In this document: positions 26,960 through 39,043 of the stretch, in pieces
How the letters are laid out: the number at the start of each line of letters is the position of its first letter
Numbering within the stretch: position 1 is the first letter of the stretch
Origin: Octopus sinensis
Taxonomy: Eukaryota
NCBI RefSeq assembly: GCF_006345805.1
Contig: NC_043005.1
Coordinates: 59,830,001 to 59,894,000, forward strand
Length of the DNA: 64,000 nucleotides
Reading direction: 5' to 3'
Translations under genes and position numbers: made by a program
The notes under the pieces: model-generated
Seen by the model: the letters and a program-made list of their open reading frames with translations, nothing else
Told to the model about the DNA's origin: nothing
Databases searched by the model: none

Positions 26960-27868
26960 CTTTAAAATAATGGAGTCAGATCACAAATTGTTGACGCAAC
27001 ACTAAAAGAGATATTTTCTTTGGATCATGTAGAATAGTGGAGTTGACAGCCAATCTAAGATTTCTTACAGAAGGTCATTCTGATGAAAGAGAGTTTGCTA
27101 ATTACTTTCTTGATTTGGTGAATGGCAACATTTTTGTTGAGCAAAACCTAGGTGAATTCAAAATCAAACCACCCAATGACCATTGCCTTGAAAGTCGTAC
27201 TCTTTGAGATTTATTTGACTTTCTATATGCTGACTTCAAAAATAACTTCACAAACACTGTGTGGCTTGGGAATAGACCATTGTTACTCCAACAAATGAAG
27301 CAGCACAATTTGTGAATGATTTACTGTTGACCAATATCCTTGGTGAGCTAGAAATATACAGAAGCTCAAATACAGTAGATAATGGAAATCTGCACCTAAT
27401 CGAGTTCATCAACAAACTTACACCATCAGGGTTTTCACCACACATTCTCAAACTGAAGTAAAATGCTGCATAATGCTTCTGAGAAATTTAGATGCTACTA
27501 ATGGACATTGCAATCGCACACACTACATCATTGTCAGTTTACATGATAATGCTATTGAGGCTGAGGTTGCTTCTGGGCCTAATGCAGTATCAACTCTGCT
27601 AATCTCAAGAATAACAAGAAATGTAATTTCCATCCAGGTTTACACGCAATTTCCTGTCAAGGCAGCTTTTGCCTTGTCATGCAACAAGGCACAGGGACAG
27701 ACTTTTGAACAAATTGGAATATATGTTCCGACACAGTTCTTCTCAGATGGTCAGCTGTATTTTGCATTATGTAGAATTCGAGAGAAGGCTAATGTAAAAC
27801 TGTTGGCTGAGAGAAATGGAAACAGCATGTTTAGTAACAGTTGTGTTTACAAGGAGATACTAGTTTAA
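26960..27868 (+). pseudogene. Helitron RepHel C-terminal PIF1-like helicase remnant
   Basis: EFINKLTPSGFSPHILKLK*...MLLRNLDATNGHCNRT...QFPVKAAFALSCNKAQGQTFEQIGIYVPTQFFSDGQLYFALCR...VYKEIL, matching Helitron helicase motifs LLRNL..GLCNGT, QFP...AFA.TINKSQGQT, GQLYVALSR, VY.EVL; stops and frameshifts present. Confidence 0.93.
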
Positions 27869-28084
27869 AGCAAAATATGCTTTTTAACAAGTGTCAGTAA
27901 CTAAAATTAACACATAGTTAAATGTAAAGTGACATATATTTCTGAGGAATTAATATTTTGACATTTTTCAACATATTCCGGATGAACGATATCGTTATGT
28001 TAGATCATTTTAAAGTTGGGCATATTTGAAAAAGTAATGAAACGCCGTTCATATGTGTTCTCACAGCACCAGATTTGTGTGTGT

Positions 28085-28150
28085 ATCCATCCATCCGTCC
28101 ATCCATCCATCTATCGATCTACCTACCTACCTATCTATCTACCTACCTAC

Positions 28151-28220
<70 letters not shown>

Positions 28221-28240
28221 GTCTGTCTGTCTATCTATTA
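28085..28240. repeat. (ATCC)/(ACCT)/(ATCT)n compound microsatellite
   Basis: Direct reading. Confidence 0.95.
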
Positions 28241-29705
28241 CATATATATCTAACTAACAAGCTATCTATCTATGCACACCTATGTAAGTTCTACCAATTA
28301 TTAATGATAAATATATACAACAGATTGACTCAGTTGTATATCTGCATATAAAGTTCTGTGATGTTCGTTAGCCAGTTAGTCACACACTCTATAATAACCA
28401 TATTATAGGTTTGACTCTCTTTGAAAATTTTTATAAATTCCTCTTAATATTATATCGATAAAAAGACACTTTTGAAGCGTCTGCTATTATTTACTATCAC
28501 AAATTTAAATATTTGTTGTCGAGCTTTACGTTCACTGTAGAGCAGGTCTTAATATTTGATAAACAATATAAATATATTCTGGCAAAATTTTTCGTTGTCA
28601 TTTGCAACACGGCCTCTCACTTTCTCTCTCTCCCGCCTCTAATTGTTTTCATTAACAATACTCTACTGAATATATATCCATTGCAATTTTGTCGCTTCAA
28701 GTTTCATTTCATGATTTCAGATGAGCAAATCTGGTATTTTGTTCACTTAAATTCACTGTGTAAATGCTCTCAGTTTATTGTTTTTACATACTAAAAATAA
28801 GTTATATTGCTCAATTTATTAAAACTGGGTGAAGCTTCGAACTCATGCGGCTTATTTCCTTCCCGTCATTATCCAAGAATAAGCCAGTGAATTAGTTGCT
28901 ATGGCTATTTGATACGATATAGGTATTAAAATATCTCTATGTGATCGCTGCTATTTTTGGCACATTAAACGTCGCTGTATTACCTAGGTGTTTGCTTAAA
29001 AAAGCAAGATTATATCTGTGATAAAATAATGAAAGTAATATTTATTAATCTGGTAAGCACTATAATACAAAAAATAATTAAACTTAAACTATCATAAAAA
29101 TTATTAGAATTGGGCATCGAATGTGGAAATATTATCGAGGGCGGTCATTCAGCTAGTGTAATTAAAAGAAGACTACACTAGATGAAAGCAACGTAGACCT
29201 TTGACATACAGTATGCCACATTTGGAATAATAGAGCAAGTACTGGCAGTATATGATTGGTATAGAGAAATACAAGAAACCTTGAGAAGACATCTTTGTTG
29301 TAGAAATAGTAAGCAAAACACACACAATTGATATCACACTACCTAAAGTAAGAAATTGTGGCTTAGATAATGTTTTTCTCTAGATGATTTCCCGAAATTT
29401 CAGGTATTTCTCTATTTTTATTGAATACTACTAGTCATATTATTTTAGTTGCGCCATGTTATTTGACAAATGTTTATTTTATTTTCAATTAGTTTATCTG
29501 TTATTTCTTTTTGTCAATTTTATTATATTAGATATTGTTAGGTTAGTCGTTACTTGCTTTAAGTATTAAAAAGTTTGGGATTCCCGCTGCTATCTTGTTA
29601 GATAATTTACTTTGCATTTATCACTGTCATTATTGTTCAAGTGGGTTTTATGCAGGAAGAATTCAATTAGAACATTACGAGTGGAACGAAATGAGCACTA
29701 CAGTG

Positions 29706-29736
<31 letters not shown>

Positions 29737-29759
29737 TAATAATAATAATAATAATAATA

Positions 29760-29794
<35 letters not shown>

Positions 29795-32700
29795 TCTTTA
29801 GCATTTCTTCCTCTAGATTTGACTGGAAATTGTCTCTCTAATTCTGTTATTTGAATACTTGTCTTGCATGTTTCCCTATATTACACTCGTGCATCATCTG
29901 CAGGAGTCGTTTTGACAATTACTACACCGTTCTCATTCAGGTCACGTCTATGGATTCCAGATCATATTTAAGGATCTGGGAATTTACATGCTTGTATACA
30001 AATATTTATTTCATTTATCCTATTCCTACACTTGAAATATTAACTTTAGAAAGAAGATTCTTTCTCTTGACGGAGTTAGTTTCAAATATCATCGAGTAAG
30101 ATCGATGAGAAGAAGTAGAAACTATAACGGTAATAATTTATTTCAAACATTGTGAAAGGATATTTTAAACATATGTTTCTAAAGCCTATCTGATATGCAA
30201 TTGTAACAGCATGTAAACAGTAGTCTTTTGTTTTATTTACTTAAATATACACAAATTTCGCAAGAGTTTAGCGTCTGAAAGATAAATATATTATTGCTTG
30301 TGTTTCCAAAAAGAAAGAAAGGTAAAGAATATACATAAATGTAAATAATCCATAGTATATGGAATGCATAAGTTATATTTTCTGTTTTGTTTATCACCGC
30401 ATTCAACAAAACGAAAATTTTGTAAACTTTGAAGTGTAATTACTGAGAAAAGAGATTTCTGTTTTTCCAAGAAGGTGATTTTCACGTTGGATATATGATA
30501 CTGACTCAAATATTATTCGCAAAGATATATTACTGTATATATCATATGTTAAATATCATCAGCTTTTGCCGGAAGCAACAGTCATTTATATCGATTCTGC
30601 GTAGATGGAAGTCAAATTTCACATTAACGGGATTTGAGCTCTGTGCGTAAGGATCCGGAAGAAATACTACAAAACGTTTATTTTTCCGATGCTTTAAAGA
30701 TTCTTCCAGTTCATCATCCTCATATTGTATTATAGTAATACAAACAAAAAGAAATATGATAACTAACAGGCATTGGCAGTAGAGTGGCTAGTATAAAAAT
30801 ATAAATGTGGACAAATGAACCAAAGAAGGAACTGTGCACACAGGAACTGCTAGGCATAGTAATCAAATTCCTTTTGGAATTTATCTACCATAGAGGAAAA
30901 GAAAATCACAATAGAAAATATAAACTTCAGAACAAGATGGGCTATTCAAAGGACTTTAATTAAATGTCTGCTTTGCTTGAGAGAACCTTAAACTAAACAA
31001 CAACCACACACAACATACAAATGTACGTAATTCCAGCGAATGAAGGCATTTTAAAATGGTTCCTCGAGTGCTAGTAATAGCAGTGTTTTCTTTCGTGGGC
31101 CGTTTACTATCACCTTGAAAAAATTGTAAGACAGGACATAATGCAGTCCTTTATCCATAATGTATAAACCAACAAAAGGGGTGGTAAAGGCTGGAGTGCA
31201 TTTGTCCATATATCTGTTCGATCTGGGATATCACGGTATAAAAATATCACCACCACCACCAAAAGAAATACAAGAAACCACAAAAAGCGAACAAAAATAC
31301 ACTAGTTATCGGAGAGAGGACATCATGTTTACAGCGTTACATTTCAGCCCTAACGATTAGCTATTGTATTAACAAAAGTGTTTTAAGCACACGGTTAATT
31401 GGTACATTTGTGAAATAATAGGTGTGTAGTCGACACCTGGCCAGATGACTGGGAATCAAGCAGCGCTGTCTTTGGCGCATTTTAAAATAACAAGAATTAT
31501 AAGCAAGAGCACCAGTACAACAAAAAACATCAATTAATGATTAATGCTAAGATGCATATGTTTGAGTGAGAGTAATGCGGTGGTTTAAATCTTTATAGAT
31601 ACATGATACAATGTGACAAAAGGTATAGTTTCTCCGAATTCTGAATAGTTAATTCAATCTCACAAGGTGGTATCTATAGCCCCAGACTGACCCATATCTC
31701 GTGAGTCGCATTGCAGAAACAGAAATTATATAGAGGCATGTCAGTCAGATCTGTAATTCTAGGAGGAACAACTCTACAAGCCTGTTACACGTTGTGTCAC
31801 ACTAACTCTGAGGAAGAATTAAGCTAAAGGAAAATGAACGTTCAACCACTCAACAGTTATATTGGGGAGCAGGTATTTCGGGTGGTTGAACTGAATCTTC
31901 AGCGTCAAAATACGGAGATCTACAACATAGGGAAATGGTAAGACATATTAGAAATTATAACTTAAACACAAAGAAGTACAGCAAACAACTTGCGATAGAT
32001 CTGTAATTAGTTCGCGTCTTTTAGTCTTACCATTATTTGGGAAAATAGCTTAACATCAAAGGGTTTGGGAATCTGGGGTTGCTGATGGTGAGAAACTAGA
32101 ATGCACTTCAAAAGTTTTCAAATAACGTATACACAATTCTCGCCCCAAATTTCTGACATGGCTAGTTATAAATGTGTTTGATCTATGACTCTATAGTTCA
32201 ACAAACTACACATTCTGCTTTAAATCATTGAAAAAGCCAGCATAGTTGTGTACATTGTAATGTAATAAATATCTTTTTAGGAGGATTAGCTGTTTAAAGG
32301 AGCGATGGAAAACATAATTTGCAAAAATCACGAATGGATCACAGTTTGTCTTTTCAGAGTTTCACTTTTGAGAAGCGAAGCAAGGCAAATCTTAAATGTA
32401 AAAATAACGAGAAAAGACCATTAAAATCATAAATTCGATAGTTCAAACTAGAAATCGATAGAAAACTTGATCCCATTAATTAATTAAATTAACATACGTG
32501 GTTTCATGTGAATAATTATACTGTGTATTTCGTTCCACTCGTGATGTTTTTCTAATTGAATTCTTCTTGCGCAAAAGACACACAAAAATTAAGAATAACG
32601 ATATATGCGAAGTGATTTATAATTCAAGCGCACACAAACACATGCATATATAGGTTAGATGCACATATATTCCAGTAGAAAGATGTTTGTGCAGGCGTAA

Positions 32701-33404
32701 TTAATATATATATATCTGTGTGTGTGTGCGTGTGCATGTAAGTGTGTGTGGGGGAGGTCATGTATATAGGTATGCATATATGTATGTAAGTTGTTTTTTG
32801 AAGATGAAAAATTATTTCATTCTACAAATTGAACTGAATACTTGTTGAATAATTTGCCAATTGTTGGATTTTCCATAGACAAGTCTAACTTTAAAGAAAC
32901 CGAAACAGCGTAACAAAGAGAACTGGCGAGATTGTGTATCTGATCGATCTACAGCTACATCCCATAGGGCAGTCATCTACGCTGGTTTCGTCTGTTCCAT
33001 GTTATTCACTCGGCTTGTGAGTACTCAATGTACAGTAAATGACAGCTGCTTATGATGACATGCAGCAGAACCCATCTCTTGATACTAAACGAATTTTTCT
33101 AATCAGTCGGAAATGCCTGCATCCACCTAAGATTTGCCAGAACGATACTCGTGACTCGAAAGAGAATATGCCCTGGCAGTCTGTACCATGTGTTCACTCA
33201 TTCTTTTAGTTATCTAGGTAGACATAAGCAGACATCTGCATGCAAGTGCTCTCATTCACCTTCACCCTGTTGAACATCGAATGTGTGACAGTTGGAGGAG
33301 AGTTGTTCCCTAGCATTAGACTGGCTCTCACAAAAAAATGAAATGCGTTGCTCACCATGCAGCTTCATAGATATGTACATGCGTATTCAGACACCTGTGT
33401 CTAT

Positions 33405-33705
33405 GCATCTTTCACTTATTTCAGTCAGTATGCTACGGCAATGCTGAAGCACCACGTTGAAAACTTTCAGTTGAACGAATCAACCTCACGAAATTTTTTG
33501 AAGCGTTGTATTTATTCTATCGGTCTCTTTTGCCGATCTGTGAAGTTACGGATACGTAAACACACCAAAACAAGTTATCAAGAGTTTTCTACTATTGATC
33601 AAAGCTATAGTATAGGATACCGGCCTAAGGTACCACAGTGTTAGACTTAACTTGGAACCACGTGGTTGGAAAGGAAGCTACTTACCGCACAACCACCCTG
33701 CGCCA
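33405..33705 (-). mobile_element. SINE family A, degenerate
   Basis: tattctatcggtctcttttgccga...aagttacggatacgtaaacacacc...gaagctacttaccgcacaaccaccctgcgcc. Confidence 0.75.
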
Positions 33706-33849
33706 ATGTGTATCAATGCATTAAAAAATGTTATTTTCAAGATCTGTAAAAGATGTGCTTCCATATCCGGAATACAGATGTTTGAGAGTTTTGCAAATGT
33801 TCTCAGTTGTGTATATGTGTTTATTGGTTTTGGGTACAATGCAAGCAAT

Positions 33850-33982
33850 TACGGGGGCGAGATGGTCGATTACGTCTACCCAAGTACTCGACTCGGCGGA
33901 ATTTGAATTCAGAACGTGAAGTCGGACGAAATCTCGTTAGTCGTTTTGCTCGGCGTTCTATCGAATCTGAAAATTTGGCGCA
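33850..33982 (-). mobile_element. SINE family B fragment
   Basis: ctcggcggaatttgaattcagaacgtgaagtcggacgaaat. Confidence 0.7.
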
Positions 33983-34506
33983 TTTATACCCATATTTTTT
34001 GATCGGTGTATATGTATACTAAACTAGATTGTATTCATTTTTATTATATTTGATGTACTAGTTTTTAATTCACTTAAATGTGCTTATTATAATTTCCCTT
34101 GGCGTCATTACTAGTCATACTCATAGCCATACACATATATCACGTGCACATGTCTATGTAATGTAACATCGTATTTGTTTCTCAGATGCTTTTGAAAACG
34201 TGTTTTGAAGCAGATATTGTACTTTTGCAGGAGATTCTGCAAACGCAAAAGCAAAAGTATTGTTTCACGTTCATTTCTGTTTTATAGATAATTAAATAAT
34301 TAGCCAACCAGTTGTTTGGTAAAAGTCTCCCACCTCTCCACAATGAACATCTCGCAAGCTTATAGCAGTCTCGCTAAATTTGTAAAAAGTAAATGTTTCT
34401 TTTGTGAGTAACATTCATATGTATTAGATTTCGAAGAAATGCACTTCAACCGAACTAAATTTATCGGAAAATAATACACATACACATATACACACACTTA
34501 TATGTG

Positions 34507-34546
<40 letters not shown>

Positions 34547-36260
34547 GGAAATATGTTTCAAAAAGAAAATAGAACCTACACGTGGAAACGATATGTGGAA
34601 AGTAAGAAGAAAAAAGGGAAAATGCACATTGGATATAAAAAAGAATAAAAGCTTTTTTATGAACTGAGCTAGAATTAAAATGAATAAAAGTCATTATTAT
34701 GAATTGTTAAAGGGATTCAAATCCATACCGGCTTCGTCAATTACTCTTCACTGACTTTGAATGCGCACCGATTACCAAACGGATTTAGATGGCAACTTGA
34801 TACAAACTGACAAACAAAGAACTTTCTTTTATATATGTATAAGATAAGATGTACATATGTATGCATTCGTGTATGTTTAATATATGTGTATATATATGTA
34901 TGTGTGTGTGTGAGAGAGAGAATGTATGTGTGTGAGAGAGAGAATGTGCGTGTGTATATATGCATGTGTAGCATATATAGTCAAACGATGTAAAACTATA
35001 TGAAATTCCTATCAAACATGTTGAGTTCTACTTTGTTGCAGTTGTGTACTCACCTAATATGCATACATACATTCATACATACATACATGCTCACATACAT
35101 ACATGCGAACATGCATACATATATGACGACAGATATGTATCCATAACCTATTATATGTGTATCAGTAGATGTGCATATATGCATAAACACGTTACTATTC
35201 GTATACATACTTAAGTAAGAACACACACACGCATATATATATAACCAAATTTGTAGTATCCAACTTTTCCGTGGTGACATCTACGCAATTTTTAATGCAT
35301 ATTTGTACATCAAGTCATTCAATAGCGCTTCTGTTTCTTTTAAAATCATAAAAGATTTATGTCTATGTATGAATATATTAAAGGAATACATTTTAATGGA
35401 GCGTAATTCTGGTTTTCAAAGATGATTGCATTCCTTTCAAAATGATTCATAAGAGAATTTTCGACAGGTATGGCCAATATGAGTACAATAGATCGCTACA
35501 AATACAGCAGACATTTCAACTATTATAAATATACTAACTATAGAACAGATGCACATATTACCGAAAGTCTTGTAATTCTTAACATAATATTCTTCATGCT
35601 GAACTATAAATTCTCAGCTATAATTTGCTACAAAGAAGTTAAAATCAAAAGCCTCTTTAAGCTCAAACCACAAATATGTAAATGATCGATGTTATTTATG
35701 ATGTCGATTGTAAATATGCAAATTGAAATTCTCATGATACTTATACTTGCCATATATATAAAACATTTTCACAATGGTTCGTCATGCGCATAGAACACAG
35801 TGTACAGTTGGATAGCATTACACCAAACAACAGAAAGGAAAGCTACATCGTAAAACATTAACTGTCAGCACAAACATGTGATATACTTTTCTTCATAAAT
35901 ATAATATTCATGATTAAAGTATTACTAGCCAAACGACGAAATACTGATAGAAAGTGCTAGACAACCTGTACACGGCACAAATGAAATAAGTATGCGATAA
36001 CGTACAATCTCACAGTCTCGTTTCGATTTCCGATGGTAAAACAAACTAACGTACAATAAAACAAATGTTATTCATTTAACCCCCTTAAAACATGAGAGGA
36101 AATTATGAATGATTACAGATATTGATGATAACCCTTAAATTTAAACTGGTCGTGTGTATACGTGCATATATATGTATGTATACGTTCGTATATGTAAGTA
36201 TATCGTATGTTGTATGTATACATACATATATATATATATATGTGTGTGTTATCTGAGTGT

Positions 36261-36319
36261 ATCCCACTGATGAAGGCAAAACATTTCTTATGCAGAGCCA
36301 GAAATCCAGGATCTGGAAT
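36261..36319 (+). ncRNA. Minimal type I hammerhead ribozyme motif (left arm)
   Basis: atccca-CTGATGA-aggc..gcca-GAAA-tccagga-TC-tggaat. Confidence 0.65.
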
Positions 36320-36458
36320 TATCCAGTAATTGTTTTGCTAGTTTATTTTGTCTCTTTGTCTTCTCTCCTGGTGCTGTATGAACATTTAATGTGGTTTTAG
36401 AGTCACGTTTTGACTGCTATATCTAGCATAGTTGGTATCTCTTAGATACCCTTAATTA

Positions 36459-36523
<65 letters not shown>

Positions 36524-36571
36524 ACATATATAAACTTCATACTTTGTACAAATATATGTATGCATGAATAG

Positions 36572-36618
<47 letters not shown>

Positions 36619-36756
36619 TAATTAAGGGTATCTAAGAGATACCAACCATGTAGATATAGCAGTCAAAACTTGACTCTAAAACCACATTAAATGTTCATAC
36701 AGCACCAGGAGAGAAGACAAAGAGACAAAATAAACTAGCAAAAAAATTACTGGATA

Positions 36757-36815
36757 ATTCCAGATCCTGGATTTCTGGCTCTGCATAAGAAATGTCTTGC
36801 CTTCATCAGTGGAAT
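36757..36815 (-). ncRNA. Minimal type I hammerhead ribozyme motif (right arm, intact core)
   Basis: Minus strand: attcca-CTGATGA-aggcaagacatttcttatgcagagcca-GAAA-tccagga-TC-tggaat; perfect 6-bp stem I, near-palindromic stem III. Confidence 0.7.
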
Positions 36816-36834
36816 ACACTCAGATAACACATAA

Positions 36835-36865
<31 letters not shown>

Positions 36866-36931
36866 CAACATACGATATACTTACATATACGAACGTATAC
36901 ATATATATGCACGTATGCACACGACCAGTTT

Positions 36932-36978
36932 AAAACTGTCCGATGAACGGCAACGGGAAACTCAGAGTAACAGGTTTT
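36932..36978 (+). ncRNA. Degenerate hammerhead motif of a different family
   Basis: aaaactgt-CCGATGA-acggcaacgg-GAAA-ctcagag-TA-acaggtttt, followed by AATAAA; one core substitution. Confidence 0.55.
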
Positions 36979-37153
36979 GTTGAATTTTCTGCTGCTTTAA
37001 ATAAAGTATATATATATAGTTACTATATTGATATGCAAACAAATACGTAATACATATTACTCGATCGCGCTGTATATTTTTTCAGTCAATTTTAAGTAAT
37101 ACATGGAACTCCTACCAATTGTGTTTAGAGGCGTTTGCTTTGTCCACTCACTC

Positions 37154-37243
<90 letters not shown>

Positions 37244-37343
37244 TTATGTATATATGTTCGTTTTAATATGTAGTTACCTATGAAATTAGGCAACTATTTA
37301 ATTGGAGAATTATGCGAAGTCATTCATTAGTGCATTATATTTA

Positions 37344-39043
37344 CTAGCAAAATCCCCCCTCTCCCATGGAGTCATAGAGTAATGGAAGGAAGTCATAACA
37401 ACAGTATGTATCGAGAAATGTGTAAATGGACTTGATAGTGTAGGAGTTGTGTGTGACCACCAGTGACTTCATTAATGTGATATGGTTTATTTACTTTAAA
37501 AAGGGAATAAGCCTAAGTCATCTCCCCTCGCGCGTAATGTGCTGCTAGGCGACACTGAATAGCGTAGTTATAATAAAGGCAGTCATCTCCATGTTCAAAT
37601 ATCGCGTTTTTGCTCTATACAGATACAAACGTCGACTCACGCAGAATATTTCTGTTTTGGTTGATCTACGTGTGCAAGTCCAGCATGGTAGCTGAAACTG
37701 GTTAAACTAATTTCTTTGGGACTTAAAACTGTCTGTTGTTCTCACATTACGCACCGTTGGCAGACAATACAAGCGGTCGTTAGATAAGTACTTCCCTTTG
37801 ACTTATTCTAGTGTCAATTTGTTATGTTGATCTAAAGTCTGGCAACACGCACTCAACAAGTTCTTAAGTGAATTGCAACCAGCATTCAGTTGTTCTTAGT
37901 ATGATTACTTTTGTTTGAATTGAATTTCCACTTGCATGAACACGTTCGTTTGAATTGAGTTTCCACTTGTATGAATACTCTTGAAATGAACTTCCATTTG
38001 TATGTGTACATTTTCACTGTTTTAGCATAAATCTTTTGTTGAAGATATTGTGAACTTCTTGTGTCGTCGTTATTCGTTGCTAATGATTTAACCATATAAC
38101 ATATTTTAGTCGTCACCGAAAAGGACGCGCTGGATAATGTCTTACTGGATAATGTCTTAGAGAAATCACATTTTTGTTGGTGATACAGCATTCTATTGCA
38201 GCTATATGACGTGTTTTTGAATCTTGCTCGAGACTGACACACTTCAATAACCACTAAATAATTACACACGCTATATACCGACAAACTTTTTCCATTTTAT
38301 TATCGCTATTAAACTTCCTCGCAACCCCCTCCGTATTTACGATGGGGTGGGATCACGAACTATTCGAAGAAAATCCAGTTATTTGTGGTCGGTGAATTTT
38401 TGAATTCAAATGCGAAGGTGATTTATCAATTCAAAAATCTTACTCTGGATGTTCATCGTATAGTTCGTGACCCCATTGTAGATACGAAGTATGTTACGTG
38501 GACGGTTATTAGCGAAAATGAGATGGAAAAAGCGTGTGTCAGTATCCAGGAAATAACCATACTTTGTGGGTTTTTAATGCTAAAAACTTTCCTGACGACC
38601 GTCTTTCTAACCTCAAAAAATATCCTTACCATTGGCCCAGCCGTCTGGCCGTGAAGAGGAAACAGTCAAAATTAGACGGACAGACAGACGGAGATAATGC
38701 CCAATATCATAAGATGGCATATCTGCCCATCTACGATGAGAAATAAAGGGATAGTATCGCAAATCTAAACCTTCTAAATTCACAAACTATACGGGGATGG
38801 GGGAATCCAGAGTCATTCCTTGTTGCCGGAATTTTAACAAAAATATTAAAAAAAATAAAAGGCGATTTATTAATAGAAAATTCAATATCCACTAAATGAT
38901 CATATTTTTTCACATTTCTTTCGCTAAAAGCCTTCCTGATTTCACCTTCGTAATCTCGATAAACACTGTGACCGTTGGTTCAGCCGTTTGAACGTGAAGA
39001 TGGGGCGGTCAGACAGACGGACATAACACCCATTATAGTAAGA
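37344..39043 (-). mobile_element. Non-autonomous Helitron
   Basis: Minus strand starts a|TCTTACTATAA...tgtccgtctgtctg...aaacggctgaacc (39043) and ends CTAG|t (37344); internal ~32-bp minisatellite at 37912-38005; second 5'-terminus-like segment ending at 38714. Confidence 0.7.

Larger units (their letters stand above)
25779..29156 (+). mobile_element. Internally deleted Helitron
   Basis: Candidate 5' a|TCTATACTA at 25779 and 3' ...gcggtcattcagCTAG|t at 29156; contains RepHel remnants. Termini are inferred and the 3' hairpin is degenerate. Confidence 0.65.
36140..36934. repeat. Long near-perfect inverted repeat (~330-bp arms) with an HHR in each arm
   Basis: 36140-36470 is the reverse complement of 36610-36934 apart from scattered substitutions and microsatellite length; the spacer is TA-rich. 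Confidence 0.95.

Noticed and set aside
37912-38005. ~32-bp repeats that superficially resemble a CRISPR array
   Set aside because: Contiguous tandem units without unique spacers, eukaryotic context, no cas genes.
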